Assembly: GCA_965232515.1 (NCBI GenBank)
Contig: CBDDPY010000002.1
Coordinates: 4,064,001 to 4,128,000, forward strand
From: Alphaproteobacteria bacterium
GTDB taxonomy: Bacteria; Pseudomonadota; Alphaproteobacteria; GCA-2731375
Reading direction: 5' to 3'
DNA length: 64,000 bases
The position numbers and the translations under genes are program-made. How positions within the stretch are numbered: position 1 is the first letter of the stretch; the number at the start of each line of letters is the position of its first letter. The notes under the pieces are model-generated. The model worked only from the letters and a program-made list of their open reading frames with translations. It made no database searches and had not been told where the DNA came from. Positions 40,901 through 49,856 of this stretch are shown piece after piece.

Positions 40901-42790
40901 ATCCTCCATATGGAAGTCGTGGATCCAGATGTCGTCGGCGCCCTCGGGGTGGGCCAGGAACGGCTCCTCGCTAATCACTCTAAGGCCCATATGCTCGAGC
41001 ATGGGCAGGCAGTCCGACAGCGGTACCGCGGCGCCGGGATGATAGATCTTGAACCGCACCGCGTAGGCCGGATCCTCGATCGAGCAATAGAAGTTCAGCG
41101 CGACGTCGTCGGGTCCGTCGAGCGCCTCCATCTTCTCGATATCGTTCATCGCCAGATCGGCGTTGAAGGCTTCGTTATAGGAGGTCGGAAACGCCTCGCC
41201 ATATTTATGCGCCAGCCGGTTGCCGCCCTCCTCGCCCCAGCGCTCGATCAGCGCGTCGTAGAGATCGTCATGCCAGGAGCGGGCGGCGGCGATCAGCCGC
41301 GATTCGATCTGGGCGTAATCGACCGACTTCGGCGTCTTGCCCGGATCGGTGCCGATGACGTAATGCAGCCGCGCCAGTGGCGCGTCGCTGATCTGGGTGT
41401 AGAAGTTCGACAGCCGGCCGTTGAAGGCGTCGACCAGGATCTTGTCGAAGCGCCGGCGCAGCGTCGTGTTCCAGCGCTCGCGCGGAATGAAAACGATACA
41501 CGAGAAAAAGCGGTCGAACTTGTCCTGCCGGGCGAACAGGCGGATGCGCGGCCGTTCCGCCAAACCCAGAATGCCGGTCGAGATCTGGAACAGCGTGTCG
41601 ACATCGATCTGGAACAGCTCGTCGCGGGGATAGCTTTCCAGAATGTGGACCAGCGCCTTGCCGTCGTGGCTGGAGGGCTCGACGCGGGCGCGTTCCAATG
41701 TCTGCCGAACTTTCCGCCGCAGCAGCGGGATGTCGCGCGGCGTGCGGCTGTAGGCCGACGAGGTGAACAGGCCGATGAAGCGGCGTTCGCCCGTGAGCTT
41801 GCCCTTGGCGTCGTAACGCTTGATCGCCACGTAATCCATGTGCACCGGCCGGTGCACGGTGCCCCGCGCGCTGGTCTTCGAGATCAGCATCAATTCAGGC
41901 CGCTCGAGGAACTGCTGCAGGATCGGCGCCAGACCGCCGCGGCCCGCCGGCCCCACCATCACCGACCGCTCCGACAAGCGCAGCAGGCCCAGACCCGACC
42001 CCTCGACGATCTTCAGATCGTCCTTGCCGTTGCGCTTGCTCAGGCTGTAGTCGCGGCTGCCGAGGAAGGTGAAATGGTTGTCCCGCATCCAGGTCAGGAA
42101 GGCCTTTGTCTCCTCGACCTCTTCCTTTTCCAACGGCGGCGGCGTCTTGGTCAATTCGGCAATCGTGTCGTCAAGGCGCGCCAGGATCGGCTGCCAATCC
42201 TCCACCGCCGACCTGACGTCCTGCAGAACGCCTTTCAGGCCGGTTGCAATCTCGTCCAGAACCTTGGGATCCGACTGCTCGTCGATCTCAACGTGCATGA
42301 CGGATTCGGCGACCGCGCCGGCGTTCCGGCCATTGCCGTTCTTCTTGCCGTCGGTCTCGGCGATGCCGGTGCGGCGCCCGTTGGCGTCCCGGATCACGCG
42401 GATGATCGGATGGATCGTCAGATGAACGACATGACCGCGACGGGTGAGATAGCCGGTAATCGAGTCGACCAGGAACGGCATGTCGTCGTTGACGATCTCG
42501 ACGATCGTATGCGCCGACTTCCAGCCATGCGCCTCGACCCGAGGATTGTAGACCCGGACACGGGCTTCGCCCGATTTGCGCTGTTCGGCGAACTTCCAAA
42601 TCGCCAGCGCCGCGCCGTACAGGCTGTCGACGGGAAATTCGAGCACGTCTTCCGGCGCCAACCGCTCGTAGAACCTGGCCACGAATGTCTGAATATCGCC
42701 GGCATCTTTTGCGGCCATGCGACCGCGAACCTGGCCGATGACCTGTTCCAGTCGCTCGGCCTTCTCCTGATACGCGCGCATCGACTGCAT
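37934..42790 (-). CDS. gdhB: large NAD-specific glutamate dehydrogenase (GdhB/GdhZ type)
   Basis: About 1600 aa; DDMPFLVDS, ARGGLRWSDR.EDFRTEV, KNAVIVP.GSKGGF, YLVVAADKGTA, GVGDMSGDVFGNG, DNSAGVDCSDHEVNIK. Confidence 0.96.
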   Translation of the reverse strand: MQSMRAYQEKAERLEQVIGQVRGRMAAKDAGDIQTFVARFYERLAPEDVLEFPVDSLYGAALAIWKFAEQRKSGEARVRVYNPRVEAHGWKSAHTIVEIVNDDMPFLVDSITGYLTRRGHVVHLTIHPIIRVIRDANGRRTGIAETDGKKNGNGRNAGAVAESVMHVEIDEQSDPKVLDEIATGLKGVLQDVRSAVEDWQPILARLDDTIAELTKTPPPLEKEEVEETKAFLTWMRDNHFTFLGSRDYSLSKRNGKDDLKIVEGSGLGLLRLSERSVMVGPAGRGGLAPILQQFLERPELMLISKTSARGTVHRPVHMDYVAIKRYDAKGKLTGERRFIGLFTSSAYSRTPRDIPLLRRKVRQTLERARVEPSSHDGKALVHILESYPRDELFQIDVDTLFQISTGILGLAERPRIRLFARQDKFDRFFSCIVFIPRERWNTTLRRRFDKILVDAFNGRLSNFYTQISDAPLARLHYVIGTDPGKTPKSVDYAQIESRLIAAARSWHDDLYDALIERWGEEGGNRLAHKYGEAFPTSYNEAFNADLAMNDIEKMEALDGPDDVALNFYCSIEDPAYAVRFKIYHPGAAVPLSDCLPMLEHMGLRVISEEPFLAHPEGADDIWIHDFHMEDPTGAELDLAELKAKFEDAFDKVWRGEVEDDGFNRLVMRAGLSWRDVVIIRAYAKYLRQAGMTFSQDYVEDTLAGNPKITRLLVALFHTRFDPHFEGQRGERAETLAGEIELALDEVVSLDEDRILRRFLNLVLSTLRTNFYRPGDDGQPRSYVSVKFDSQAVAELPLPRPFREIFVYSPRVEGVHLRGGKVARGGLRWSDRREDFRTEVLGLMKAQMVKNAVIVPVGSKGGFVPKRLPASGDREAFMAEGVACYKTFISGLLDVTDNLAGGEVVPPPDVMRYDDDDPYLVVAADKGTATFSDIANGVAIDYGFWLGDAFASGGAAGYDHKKMGITAKGAWESVKRHFRELGRDIQKADFTVVGVGDMSGDVFGNGMLLSKQTRLLAAFDHRHIFIDPDPHPAKSWKERKRMFGLPRSSWLDYDEKLISAGGGVFDRKAKSITLTPEIKRLTGLSQERATPNDLMRALLKADADLLWFGGIGTYVKAADENNNDVGDRANDPLRVNGAELRCKVIGEGGNLGCTQRGRIEFAQAGGRVNTDAVDNSAGVDCSDHEVNIKILIDAIVADGEMTGKQRNRLLAEMTDEVGDLVLRDNYLQTQALSMLESQGPALLEPHARFMRELERAGQLDRAIEFLPNDDTVQELSAVGQGLTRPELSVLLAYAKMVLDKELANSDLTESEYLTNDLVKYFPRPLRKQYKSAIMSHRLRSEIIATVMANSIVNRTGVTFVHDVKQETGCDAGAIARAYAVARDAFDMRRLWNGIEALDNKVPADQQIEMMLQSVNLLRRTTMWLLRNMEQPLRIATVLNTYKPGIAKIMDGLDAMLGKREAKSLAVRIKRYADQGVPKDLARRVASLDPLIAACDIVQVAGATGRPVEDVGWVYFVLGERLRLDWLRSEAEMLHAESHWDRTAIAAIVEDLFGQQRALTRIVLDTANGAGGEQAVTGWCAQNETAVARSATMLDDFEASGLDISKLALANRNIRMMIVH

Positions 42791-43240
42791 CGCTGGGCGT
42801 TCCCTCAGTGCCGTTTGCGCGGGCTCTCCAGCCGCCCCCATCGCGCCCTATTTCACCGGTCGCGCAAACGTAAACAAAAGCTTACTCGTTTCACGTTACG
42901 ATACAATGCCAGCGGCAAGGTGTACCGAAGGTTAACTTTCCCAACCCGATCCGTAGTCGTTGACGCGCCTGACAACCGCGGGCGAAACTGCGGTGTCATA
43001 TCGCAGAACAAATCATAGAAAGCGGCAGCAGGGGGAAGAAGCAAGGAAACGCCGGGGTCGTGCCCAGGCAGCCACGGTCGCATCGGCGGTTCCCCGCCCC
43101 TGCGGCCGCCGTGGCCGCATGCCCGATCTCGCCGACCATCAGCTTTTTTAGTTTGGGCGGCGCGCCAGCACGCCAAACCGTGGAAGCGGGTATCGCCGCC
43201 ACGACGACTGGCGCCCGAAAACAATGCGAGGAGAGAAACC

Positions 43241-44596
43241 ATGGCGGTGACCGATCACGTAAACCTCGATCAGTTCATGGAAGGCCTGAAGCGGCGTAAT
43301 CCGGGCGAGACCGAGTTCCACCAGGCGGTCTACGAAGTGGCGGCGAACGTCTTCGACTACATCGAGGACAAGGAGATCTATCACGCGCAGCAGATCCTGC
43401 GCCGGATCGCCGAGCCGGATCGGATCATCATCTTCCGCGTCTGCTGGGAAGACGACAACGGCAACATCCGGGTCAACCGCGGCTATCGGGTGCAGAACAA
43501 CAACTCCATCGGCCCCTACAAGGGCGGCATCCGGTTCCACCCCAGCGTCAACTTGAGCATTCTGAAGTTCCTGGCCTTCGAGCAGACCTTCAAGAACAGC
43601 CTGACCGGCCTGCCCATGGGCGGCGGCAAGGGCGGTGCCGATTTCAACCCACGGGGCAAATCGGACAACGAGGTGATGCGCTTCTGCCAGTCCTTCATGA
43701 CCGAGCTGCACCGGCATGTGGGCGAGGACGTCGACGTGCCGGCCGGCGATATCGGCGTCGGCGCCCGCGAGATCGGCTACATGTTCGGCCAGTACAAGCG
43801 GCTGGAGAACCGGTTCGTCGGCGTGCTGACGGGCAAGGGCATGGAGTTCGGCGGCAGCCCGATCCGCACCGAGGCCACCGGCTACGGCACGGTCTACTTC
43901 ATGCATGACATGCTGGCCGTGAAGAAGGACGCGATCGACGGCAAGAACTGCCTGGTCTCGGGCTCGGGCAACGTCGCAACCTACGCCGTCGAGAAGATCA
44001 ACCAGCTCGGCGGCAAGGTCGTCACGCTGTCGGACTCGTCCGGCTATATCTATGACAAGGACGGCATCGACGACGACAAGCTGGCCTATATCGTCGATCT
44101 GAAGACCGTGCGCCGCGGCCGCATCGAAGAAGCGGCGAAGGAATTCAAGTGCGAGTTCCATGCCGGCAAGCGGCCCTGGGAAGTACCCTGCGACCTCGCG
44201 TTCCCGTGCGCCACGCAAAACGAGATCAGCACCGACGAAGCCAAGCTGCTGATCAAGAACGGCTGCATGGGCGTGTCCGAAGGTGCCAACATGCCGACCG
44301 AGCAGGACGGCATCCACGCCTTCACCAATGCCAAGATCCTGTTCGCGCCCAGCAAGGCGGCCAATGCCGGCGGCGTCGCCGTCTCCGGCCTGGAAATGAG
44401 CCAGAACAGCGCCCGGATCACCTGGAAGGAACAGGAGCTGCAGGACCTGCTGCGCAACATCATGCAGGGCATCCACGACAATTGTCAGGAATACGGCGCC
44501 GAGGCCGGCAGCGACTATGTCGACTATGTGAAGGGCGCCAACATCGCCGGATTCATCAAGGTCGCCGACGCGATGATTGCCTACGGCGTGGTCTGA
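43241..44596 (+). CDS. gdhA: hexameric NADP-type glutamate dehydrogenase
   Basis: EFHQAV, GPYKGGIRFHP, KNSLTGLPMGGGKGG, DVPAGDIGVG, RTEATGYG, SGSGNV, EGANMP; GAGGAG RBS. Confidence 0.96.
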   Translation: MAVTDHVNLDQFMEGLKRRNPGETEFHQAVYEVAANVFDYIEDKEIYHAQQILRRIAEPDRIIIFRVCWEDDNGNIRVNRGYRVQNNNSIGPYKGGIRFHPSVNLSILKFLAFEQTFKNSLTGLPMGGGKGGADFNPRGKSDNEVMRFCQSFMTELHRHVGEDVDVPAGDIGVGAREIGYMFGQYKRLENRFVGVLTGKGMEFGGSPIRTEATGYGTVYFMHDMLAVKKDAIDGKNCLVSGSGNVATYAVEKINQLGGKVVTLSDSSGYIYDKDGIDDDKLAYIVDLKTVRRGRIEEAAKEFKCEFHAGKRPWEVPCDLAFPCATQNEISTDEAKLLIKNGCMGVSEGANMPTEQDGIHAFTNAKILFAPSKAANAGGVAVSGLEMSQNSARITWKEQELQDLLRNIMQGIHDNCQEYGAEAGSDYVDYVKGANIAGFIKVADAMIAYGVV

Positions 44597-44618
44597 GCGC
44601 CCGCCGGCAAGACCTTTC

Positions 44619-44651
44619 GGGCCGCGCCGGAATGGCGCGGCCCTTTTCTTT
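44619..44651 (+). terminator. rho-independent terminator of gdhA
   Basis: 10-bp stem GGGCCGCGCC / GGCGCGGCCC with a 5-nt loop, then TTTTCTTT. Confidence 0.85.
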
Positions 44652-44730
44652 GCCCGGGCCCCGCGATTCAAGTAGAAGACGAGCCGTCCCGCCGCGTTTC
44701 GGCGGCCGTTCGGATCGGTCCCTCGGATTC

Positions 44731-45555
44731 ATGCGTCGTCTTCTCCTCGGCATTATCGGCCTGCTTATCGCCTGCCAACCGGTGCGGGCCGAGCAGAAGC
44801 CGCTGTTCGAGTTCGGCGTCGTCGGCGGGGCCGGCTACGTGCCGAACTATCCGGCCTCCGACGAAAGCAGCGTCGAGGCCATCGCCCTGCCGTATTTCGT
44901 CTATCGCGGCGAGATCATTCGCGCCGGCGACCGCGGGCTGGTGCGCGGCCGGCTCATCCGGCGGCGAAACGTCGAGCTCGACATTTCGCTGAGCGGCTCG
45001 TTCTCGACCGATTCCGACGACAACGACGCCCGTCGGGGCATGCCGGATCTGGACTATCTGGTCGAGGTCGGGCCGCGGCTGCAACTGACGCTGGCGCGCG
45101 CCGAACGCTGGGCCAAGCTGGAGTTGGAGTTGCCGCTGCGCGCCGTATTCTCGACCGACCTGTCGAGTATCGATCATCGCGGCTTCGTCTTCGCGCCCGA
45201 GCTTGCCTATCAGCACGAGAATCTGCTGCAGACCGGCACGCAATTGAAGCTCAGCATTGGCGCCAAGTTCGCCGACGAGGAGCTGCAGGACTATTTCTAC
45301 GAGGTCGACGACCGCTTCGAGACATCGACACGGCCAGCATTCGAAGCCGACTTCGGTTATCTCGGCAGCCGGTTGCAGCTGCTGGCGTCGCGGCCGTTCG
45401 GCAAGCGCTTCAGGGCTTTCGCGGGCGGCGCTATCGACCTGCATCAGGGCGCGGCGAACGAGGACAGTCCGCTGTTCCGCGAAGATGTCACTTATTCGGT
45501 CGGAATCGGCCTGATCTGGTCGTTCTATCACTCCGACCGCACCGTCGACGAATAG
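44731..45555 (+). CDS. MipA/OmpV family outer-membrane protein 1
   Basis: Signal peptide, P.YP.S, RRGMPDLD..VEVGP, YFYEV, SPL, terminal beta-strand. Confidence 0.85.
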   Translation: MRRLLLGIIGLLIACQPVRAEQKPLFEFGVVGGAGYVPNYPASDESSVEAIALPYFVYRGEIIRAGDRGLVRGRLIRRRNVELDISLSGSFSTDSDDNDARRGMPDLDYLVEVGPRLQLTLARAERWAKLELELPLRAVFSTDLSSIDHRGFVFAPELAYQHENLLQTGTQLKLSIGAKFADEELQDYFYEVDDRFETSTRPAFEADFGYLGSRLQLLASRPFGKRFRAFAGGAIDLHQGAANEDSPLFREDVTYSVGIGLIWSFYHSDRTVDE

Positions 45556-45729
45556 CACCGGCGGTCGTTGGGCTCGACCCAACGTTGACACATGCCCGTC
45601 ATGCAACGCTCACAGAAGTGCTCGCGGACCGATGCCAGCTAAGTGTCATTGCAGGCGCCGCCGCTGGCGACAAGGCGGAGACGGCGACGACGCCCGTTCC
45701 CAGCGGCCCGCAATTCGAAGGAGGTGCAG

Positions 45730-45984
45730 ATGAAGAAGCTGATCGCAAGCCTTGCCGCCGCAACGTGGCTAATGGCCGCCGGCGCCGCCTTTGCCGAAGA
45801 GGCGAAGGGCACTGTTCAGGCAATGGATGTCGACACCCGACTGATCATGCTGGACAACGGCGACACGTTCCGCGTCGTCGAGGGCACGCCGATGGCGGAT
45901 CTGAAACCCGGCGACGAGGTAACGGTGTCCTACGAGATGCAGGGTGGCGAGAAGATCGCGCTCGACATCAAGCTCGAACAATAA
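45730..45984 (+). CDS. DUF1344-like small periplasmic OB-fold protein
   Basis: GGAGG RBS; signal peptide ending AFA; GTV..D...I.LDNG..F...LKPGDEV.V.Y. Confidence 0.75.
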   Translation: MKKLIASLAAATWLMAAGAAFAEEAKGTVQAMDVDTRLIMLDNGDTFRVVEGTPMADLKPGDEVTVSYEMQGGEKIALDIKLEQ

Positions 45985-45995
45985 GCCGCCTCGCG

Positions 45996-46043
45996 AAAAA
46001 CCGACCGGCCGCACGCCACCTGGTGTGCGGCCGGTCTGGTTTT
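45996..46043. terminator. bidirectional rho-independent terminator
   Basis: A-run, long GC stem GACCGGCCGCAC...GTGCGGCCGGTC, T-run; lies between convergent genes. Confidence 0.8.
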
Positions 46044-46048
46044 CGACG

Positions 46049-46837
46049 CTAACAAGACGAGAGAGAGATACGCTCCGACAACAACTCGCTGTAACCGCTC
46101 CGACGGAGAAAGCAGCCGATCTCGGTCGACGGGATAACAGTGGTTTCGCCGGCGATCGGCAGCTTCAAGCTGCTGTCCGCCGACCCGGACAGCGCCAGTT
46201 CGGCCGTGCGGTAGCCGCGCACGACGCCGGTCAGACCGCCGGTTGCCTGATCGAAGACGCCGCCACCGCTCATGCCGTAGCTGACGGAAGCGTCAATCAG
46301 ACGAACGGGGCCGGAAATCGGCACACGGTCGTGAAGGCCGGTCTGCCAGGTAATCTGGCTGACCACGCCGTTCACGACCGTGCGGGCCCGCCCCCACGGA
46401 AACGCCACGACCCAGACGCCGTCGCCGAGCACAGACGACGACTGAAACTCGATCGCGGACAAACCCAAATCGCTTGCCGACAGCAACGCCAGGTCGGCAT
46501 CCAGGTCCATCGCCAACACCTCGACGGGGACCCGGTCGCCGTGCAGCGGCCGTGCGGCATAAATCGATTGCGTGACCACCGGCTTCAGCAGATGCGCGGT
46601 GGTCAGAATTATTGTGCGGTCCGTCTTCGGATCGACGGCGATCACGACCGCCGAGCCGGCCCGCCGGCCGCCGCCCTCACGCTCGGTGAAGAGCTGGACG
46701 GTGCTGGCGAGCGACGTTTCGATGATGTCCGTTCGGCGGTCGATGGCGTCGCCGCGCTCGGCAACGTCGCCGGTCTCGTTCGTCGAGACGCAACCGACCA
46801 GCAGACTGGCCATCAGAAGCGCGCCGAAAAACCGCAT
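46049..46837 (-). CDS. trypsin-like (S1) serine protease lipoprotein
   Basis: Lipobox LVGC; catalytic triad TAH, DLALL and GMSGG. Confidence 0.87.
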   Translation of the reverse strand: MRFFGALLMASLLVGCVSTNETGDVAERGDAIDRRTDIIETSLASTVQLFTEREGGGRRAGSAVVIAVDPKTDRTIILTTAHLLKPVVTQSIYAARPLHGDRVPVEVLAMDLDADLALLSASDLGLSAIEFQSSSVLGDGVWVVAFPWGRARTVVNGVVSQITWQTGLHDRVPISGPVRLIDASVSYGMSGGGVFDQATGGLTGVVRGYRTAELALSGSADSSLKLPIAGETTVIPSTEIGCFLRRSGYSELLSERISLSSC

Positions 46838-46903
46838 CGAAAACCGCCTCTACCTCATGAAAACCGTCCGGCAGGACAGCGGTTAACAATTGCTTCGGTT
46901 TGG

Positions 46904-46918
46904 TAAAGATTTGGTTAA
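46904..46918 (-). promoter_or_regulatory. CtrA-like box upstream of the protease
   Basis: Minus strand TTAA-CCAAATC-TTTA (one mismatch), plus half site GTTAAC at 46882-46887. Confidence 0.45.
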
Positions 46919-47634
46919 TTTGTCGGTCGGATCGATGTCGCGGGGCCCAGCGAAGCCGATCGGCCACCGCTTATCTCGGTGATCAGTTTGCGCTTGATCG
47001 CACGCGCAAAATCGGCGGAATCGTCGGCCGTCTGCAGGAACGCCCCGGGCCCGCCGATCAGATTCTCGGCGTAATAGCTGTCGAGATCGGATTCCTCTTC
47101 CAGGATCGCCAAACCATTCACCGTCACGCCGGCCGCCACCGCCTGACCGCGGGCCAGCACCGGCGCCGTACCGACGTTGGCCCGACCGTCGCCGGACACA
47201 TCGATGACCTGCCGCTGGCCCTGGAAGTCGTTCGCCGCCAGGGCGGCGAGACCGAACAGCACAGCGTCGCCGAGCGCGGTGCCGCCGGCCCGCACCCGGC
47301 GAGGCGCGGCGTCGATGCGGTCGGCAAACGCGGCCGCGCTCGCCGTATCCTCGACAAGCGCCCAATCGACCAACACGGCCTGGGCGCCGACGCCCGACCA
47401 CTGGACCAAGCTGACCGCGATGCCGCGCGGCGTGGCGGCGCGAATTGCGGCGGCAACGGAGGGATCACGGAACGCGGCGGCGAGACCCTGCATTTGCAGG
47501 CTGTATTCCTGATACCGCACGCTGGCCGAGGCATCGACCGCCAACACCAGCTCCAGGTCGACGCTGCGGGCCGATGCCTGGCCGCCCGCCAAGATGGCGC
47601 AGAGCTGCAAAACGATGATCAACGGCCGAAACAC
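46915..47634 (-). CDS. DUF1194 (vWA-like) secreted protein
   Basis: VDLELVLAVDASAS (MIDAS-like), QWSG, VIDVSGDG..N, TVNGLAI, IGGPGAF; signal peptide. Confidence 0.9.
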   Translation of the reverse strand: MFRPLIIVLQLCAILAGGQASARSVDLELVLAVDASASVRYQEYSLQMQGLAAAFRDPSVAAAIRAATPRGIAVSLVQWSGVGAQAVLVDWALVEDTASAAAFADRIDAAPRRVRAGGTALGDAVLFGLAALAANDFQGQRQVIDVSGDGRANVGTAPVLARGQAVAAGVTVNGLAILEEESDLDSYYAENLIGGPGAFLQTADDSADFARAIKRKLITEISGGRSASLGPATSIRPTN

Positions 47635-47693
47635 GGCCCCGAACCTAGCGCACGACGGTCAGCAAGTCTGCCTGGAAGGAACGACGTCAGCCG

Positions 47694-49661
47694 TCAGTGC
47701 GAGACACGCCCGCGGCTTTGCCATGCCTGGCGCGCCGTCGGCAACCGCAGCAGGCCAAAGCCCAGCAGCGCGGTCAGCATCAACAACAGGCCGTTGGGCT
47801 CGGGGATCAGAATCGCGGGATCGCCCGGCGGGTCGGGATCGGGAAACGGATTCGGGCCTGGTCCGGGGCCAGGGCCTGGGCCAGGACCCGGGCCAGGATC
47901 AACGGGCGCGCCATTCACGAAAAGCCCGTTGACGCTGCCGCCAGAGTCGTCGCTGCTCAACAGATTGCCCGTCAGGTCGAAGTGCAACAACTCGCCGCCG
48001 TCCGCCAGACTGCTGATCCACAAGGTGTCGTCGAACGGATCGTAGGCCAGCCCGGCAAGCGCGTCGGCGCCGAGCCCGGTCGAAATCTGACTGAGGGCGT
48101 TGCCGTCAAAATCGAAAACATAGACGTCGCCATCGAGGAACGAGCCGACGAACAGCGCGTTGCCGTCGGTGTCCAGACCGGCGATACCGAGCGTATCGGT
48201 GACCTGCAGCGTGATGCTGTTCAGCAATGCGCCGTCGGTGCCGTATTCCTGAATCAGGTTCTGATCAAACAGGCCCGCCAGCAGGTTCGTTCCGTTATTG
48301 CCCAGCGCCTCGATGCCACTGCCGCCGAAATAGAACGTCGACGTGCCGAAACGTGGATCGACGGCCGCGATGCCGTGGGTCCGGTTAGCAACGTAGAGTT
48401 GATCGTCGAGTACGGTGAGACCGCTGTTGCCGGCTATGCCGGTCGACTGGTCCAAACCGCTGACGGCGCCACCCTGACGATCGAAGGCCGTCAGCCGCTG
48501 CAGATCGCCGACCAGCTGCACGCCCAAGACCGATCCCTGGGGCGGCTCATAGGCCGCGAAATCGCCGAACCCACCCGAAACGTTGCCGTTCTGGTTCGAC
48601 GGGCCCGAGGCAATCGATTGCACGTTGGCGAAGGTATTGCCGCTGACGTCGGACGTCACCGGCGTGCTGTTGCGTACGGCGCGCCCAGGGACGGCGTCGT
48701 TCAGGAAGGTGTTGTCCTGAATCGTCAGCGCGTCTTGCGCATAGGTCGGCGTCCCGTTGCCCCGGTATTGATAGTTGACGATGCTGCGGTTGATGCTGCG
48801 CGGATTGCCCTGGGCGTCACGCTGGATGAAGGTGTTGCCCTCGACCGTGCCGACGCCGCCTTCGGTGATGTCGACGCTATAGCTCGGCACCTCGCCGGGC
48901 GGCCCGTCGCCATCCTCGAACGTGTTGTTCTGGATAGTCGTCGTTTTTGCCCGACTCTTGACGTGATGGCCGACCCGCGTCGCCTCGAAATAGCTGTTGG
49001 TGACGGTCAGGCTGTTGACGTTGTTGGCGTAGATCCCATGCGTCGCGCCGCCGCCGAAACCATTGCGCTCGAACCGCGAACCGTCGATGTCAATGTTGGT
49101 GCTATCCTGGTCGTTCGCCAGGATACCGTCCTCGTTGTCGTGGAAATAGCTGTTTCGGACGGTCAAATTGCCGTTCTGCATGCGGATGCCGGCGCCGTTC
49201 CGCGAGGGAACCTTGGCGCCGGAGAATTCGATGTTTTCGATATAGACATCGGGCGCGGCGCCCTTGGTCCCGACAACGAGAATGCCCTTGCCGGACTCCA
49301 AACGACCGCCGGGTCCCTGGTCCGCCTTCAGATGGACGCGACCGCCGACGCCGATGATCCGCACGTCGCGGCGAATGGTGGCGAAGTTGTTGACGTAGGT
49401 GCCGGCGCGGACGCAGATCGTGTCGCCGGCTTGTGCCGCGTCGACGCCGGACCTCAATGTCGTATGCGCTTCGCCAGCACCGACCCAGAGAATATTGCCG
49501 GACGGCGCGTTGCACGACGAACCTGACGTCGGCATCGCCAAGGATTCGGACGGCGTTACCGCAGAAAACAGCGCAACTATCACAAGAACTGGCAGCCAGA
49601 TGGAGTCGAATACGCGAACGCCAAAATGGCAGCACTGCGCCAACCGCAGTCTGTTACTCAT
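47694..49661 (-). CDS. PEP-CTERM surface protein with right-handed parallel beta-helix and beta-propeller-like domain
   Basis: Hydrophobic N-terminus; beta-helix motifs NGAGIR, NEDGIL, HGIY, HHVKSRA; Pro/Gly linker; C-terminal IPEP + TM helix + Arg residues. Start uncertain. Confidence 0.85.
   Translation of the reverse strand: MSNRLRLAQCCHFGVRVFDSIWLPVLVIVALFSAVTPSESLAMPTSGSSCNAPSGNILWVGAGEAHTTLRSGVDAAQAGDTICVRAGTYVNNFATIRRDVRIIGVGGRVHLKADQGPGGRLESGKGILVVGTKGAAPDVYIENIEFSGAKVPSRNGAGIRMQNGNLTVRNSYFHDNEDGILANDQDSTNIDIDGSRFERNGFGGGATHGIYANNVNSLTVTNSYFEATRVGHHVKSRAKTTTIQNNTFEDGDGPPGEVPSYSVDITEGGVGTVEGNTFIQRDAQGNPRSINRSIVNYQYRGNGTPTYAQDALTIQDNTFLNDAVPGRAVRNSTPVTSDVSGNTFANVQSIASGPSNQNGNVSGGFGDFAAYEPPQGSVLGVQLVGDLQRLTAFDRQGGAVSGLDQSTGIAGNSGLTVLDDQLYVANRTHGIAAVDPRFGTSTFYFGGSGIEALGNNGTNLLAGLFDQNLIQEYGTDGALLNSITLQVTDTLGIAGLDTDGNALFVGSFLDGDVYVFDFDGNALSQISTGLGADALAGLAYDPFDDTLWISSLADGGELLHFDLTGNLLSSDDSGGSVNGLFVNGAPVDPGPGPGPGPGPGPGPNPFPDPDPPGDPAILIPEPNGLLLMLTALLGFGLLRLPTARQAWQSRGRVSH
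47817..47900 (-). repeat. (Pro-Gly)n and Pro-Asp low-complexity linker
   Basis: Encodes DPGPGPGPGPGPGPGPNPFPDPDPPGDP using varied synonymous codons. Confidence 0.85.
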
Positions 49662-49856
49662 TTGCAAAGTCTTTTTCCGTCAACAGTTACCGGGAATTGA
49701 AAGACCGGTACGCATTAGACGATTGCGAAGGACGGAATACTCGTAGCCATTCGGTGCCAATATGATGACCGGCCTCGCCACTGTGCTGTCACAGGCCTGG
49801 CGGCACCGACATGAGCGTGACGGACCGGTCGCCGACAGGGCCGACCGGCCGCGGAT

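Noticed and set aside
39701-43018. 1105-aa plus-strand ORF, and similar long antisense ORFs (e.g. 43148-44671, 33353-35191, 47697-49526, 54621-56231)
   Set aside because: They are shadows of well-supported genes on the opposite strand; stop codons are rare in high-GC DNA and the translations carry no motifs.
47853-47897. Hexamer-periodic repeat as a CRISPR array or slippage VNTR
   Set aside because: It is an in-frame Pro-Gly linker with mixed synonymous codons; there are no spacers and no cas genes.
49745-49760. Sigma54-like TTGGCAC upstream of the PEP-CTERM gene
   Set aside because: Spacing is GG-N9-GC rather than the required GG-N10-GC.
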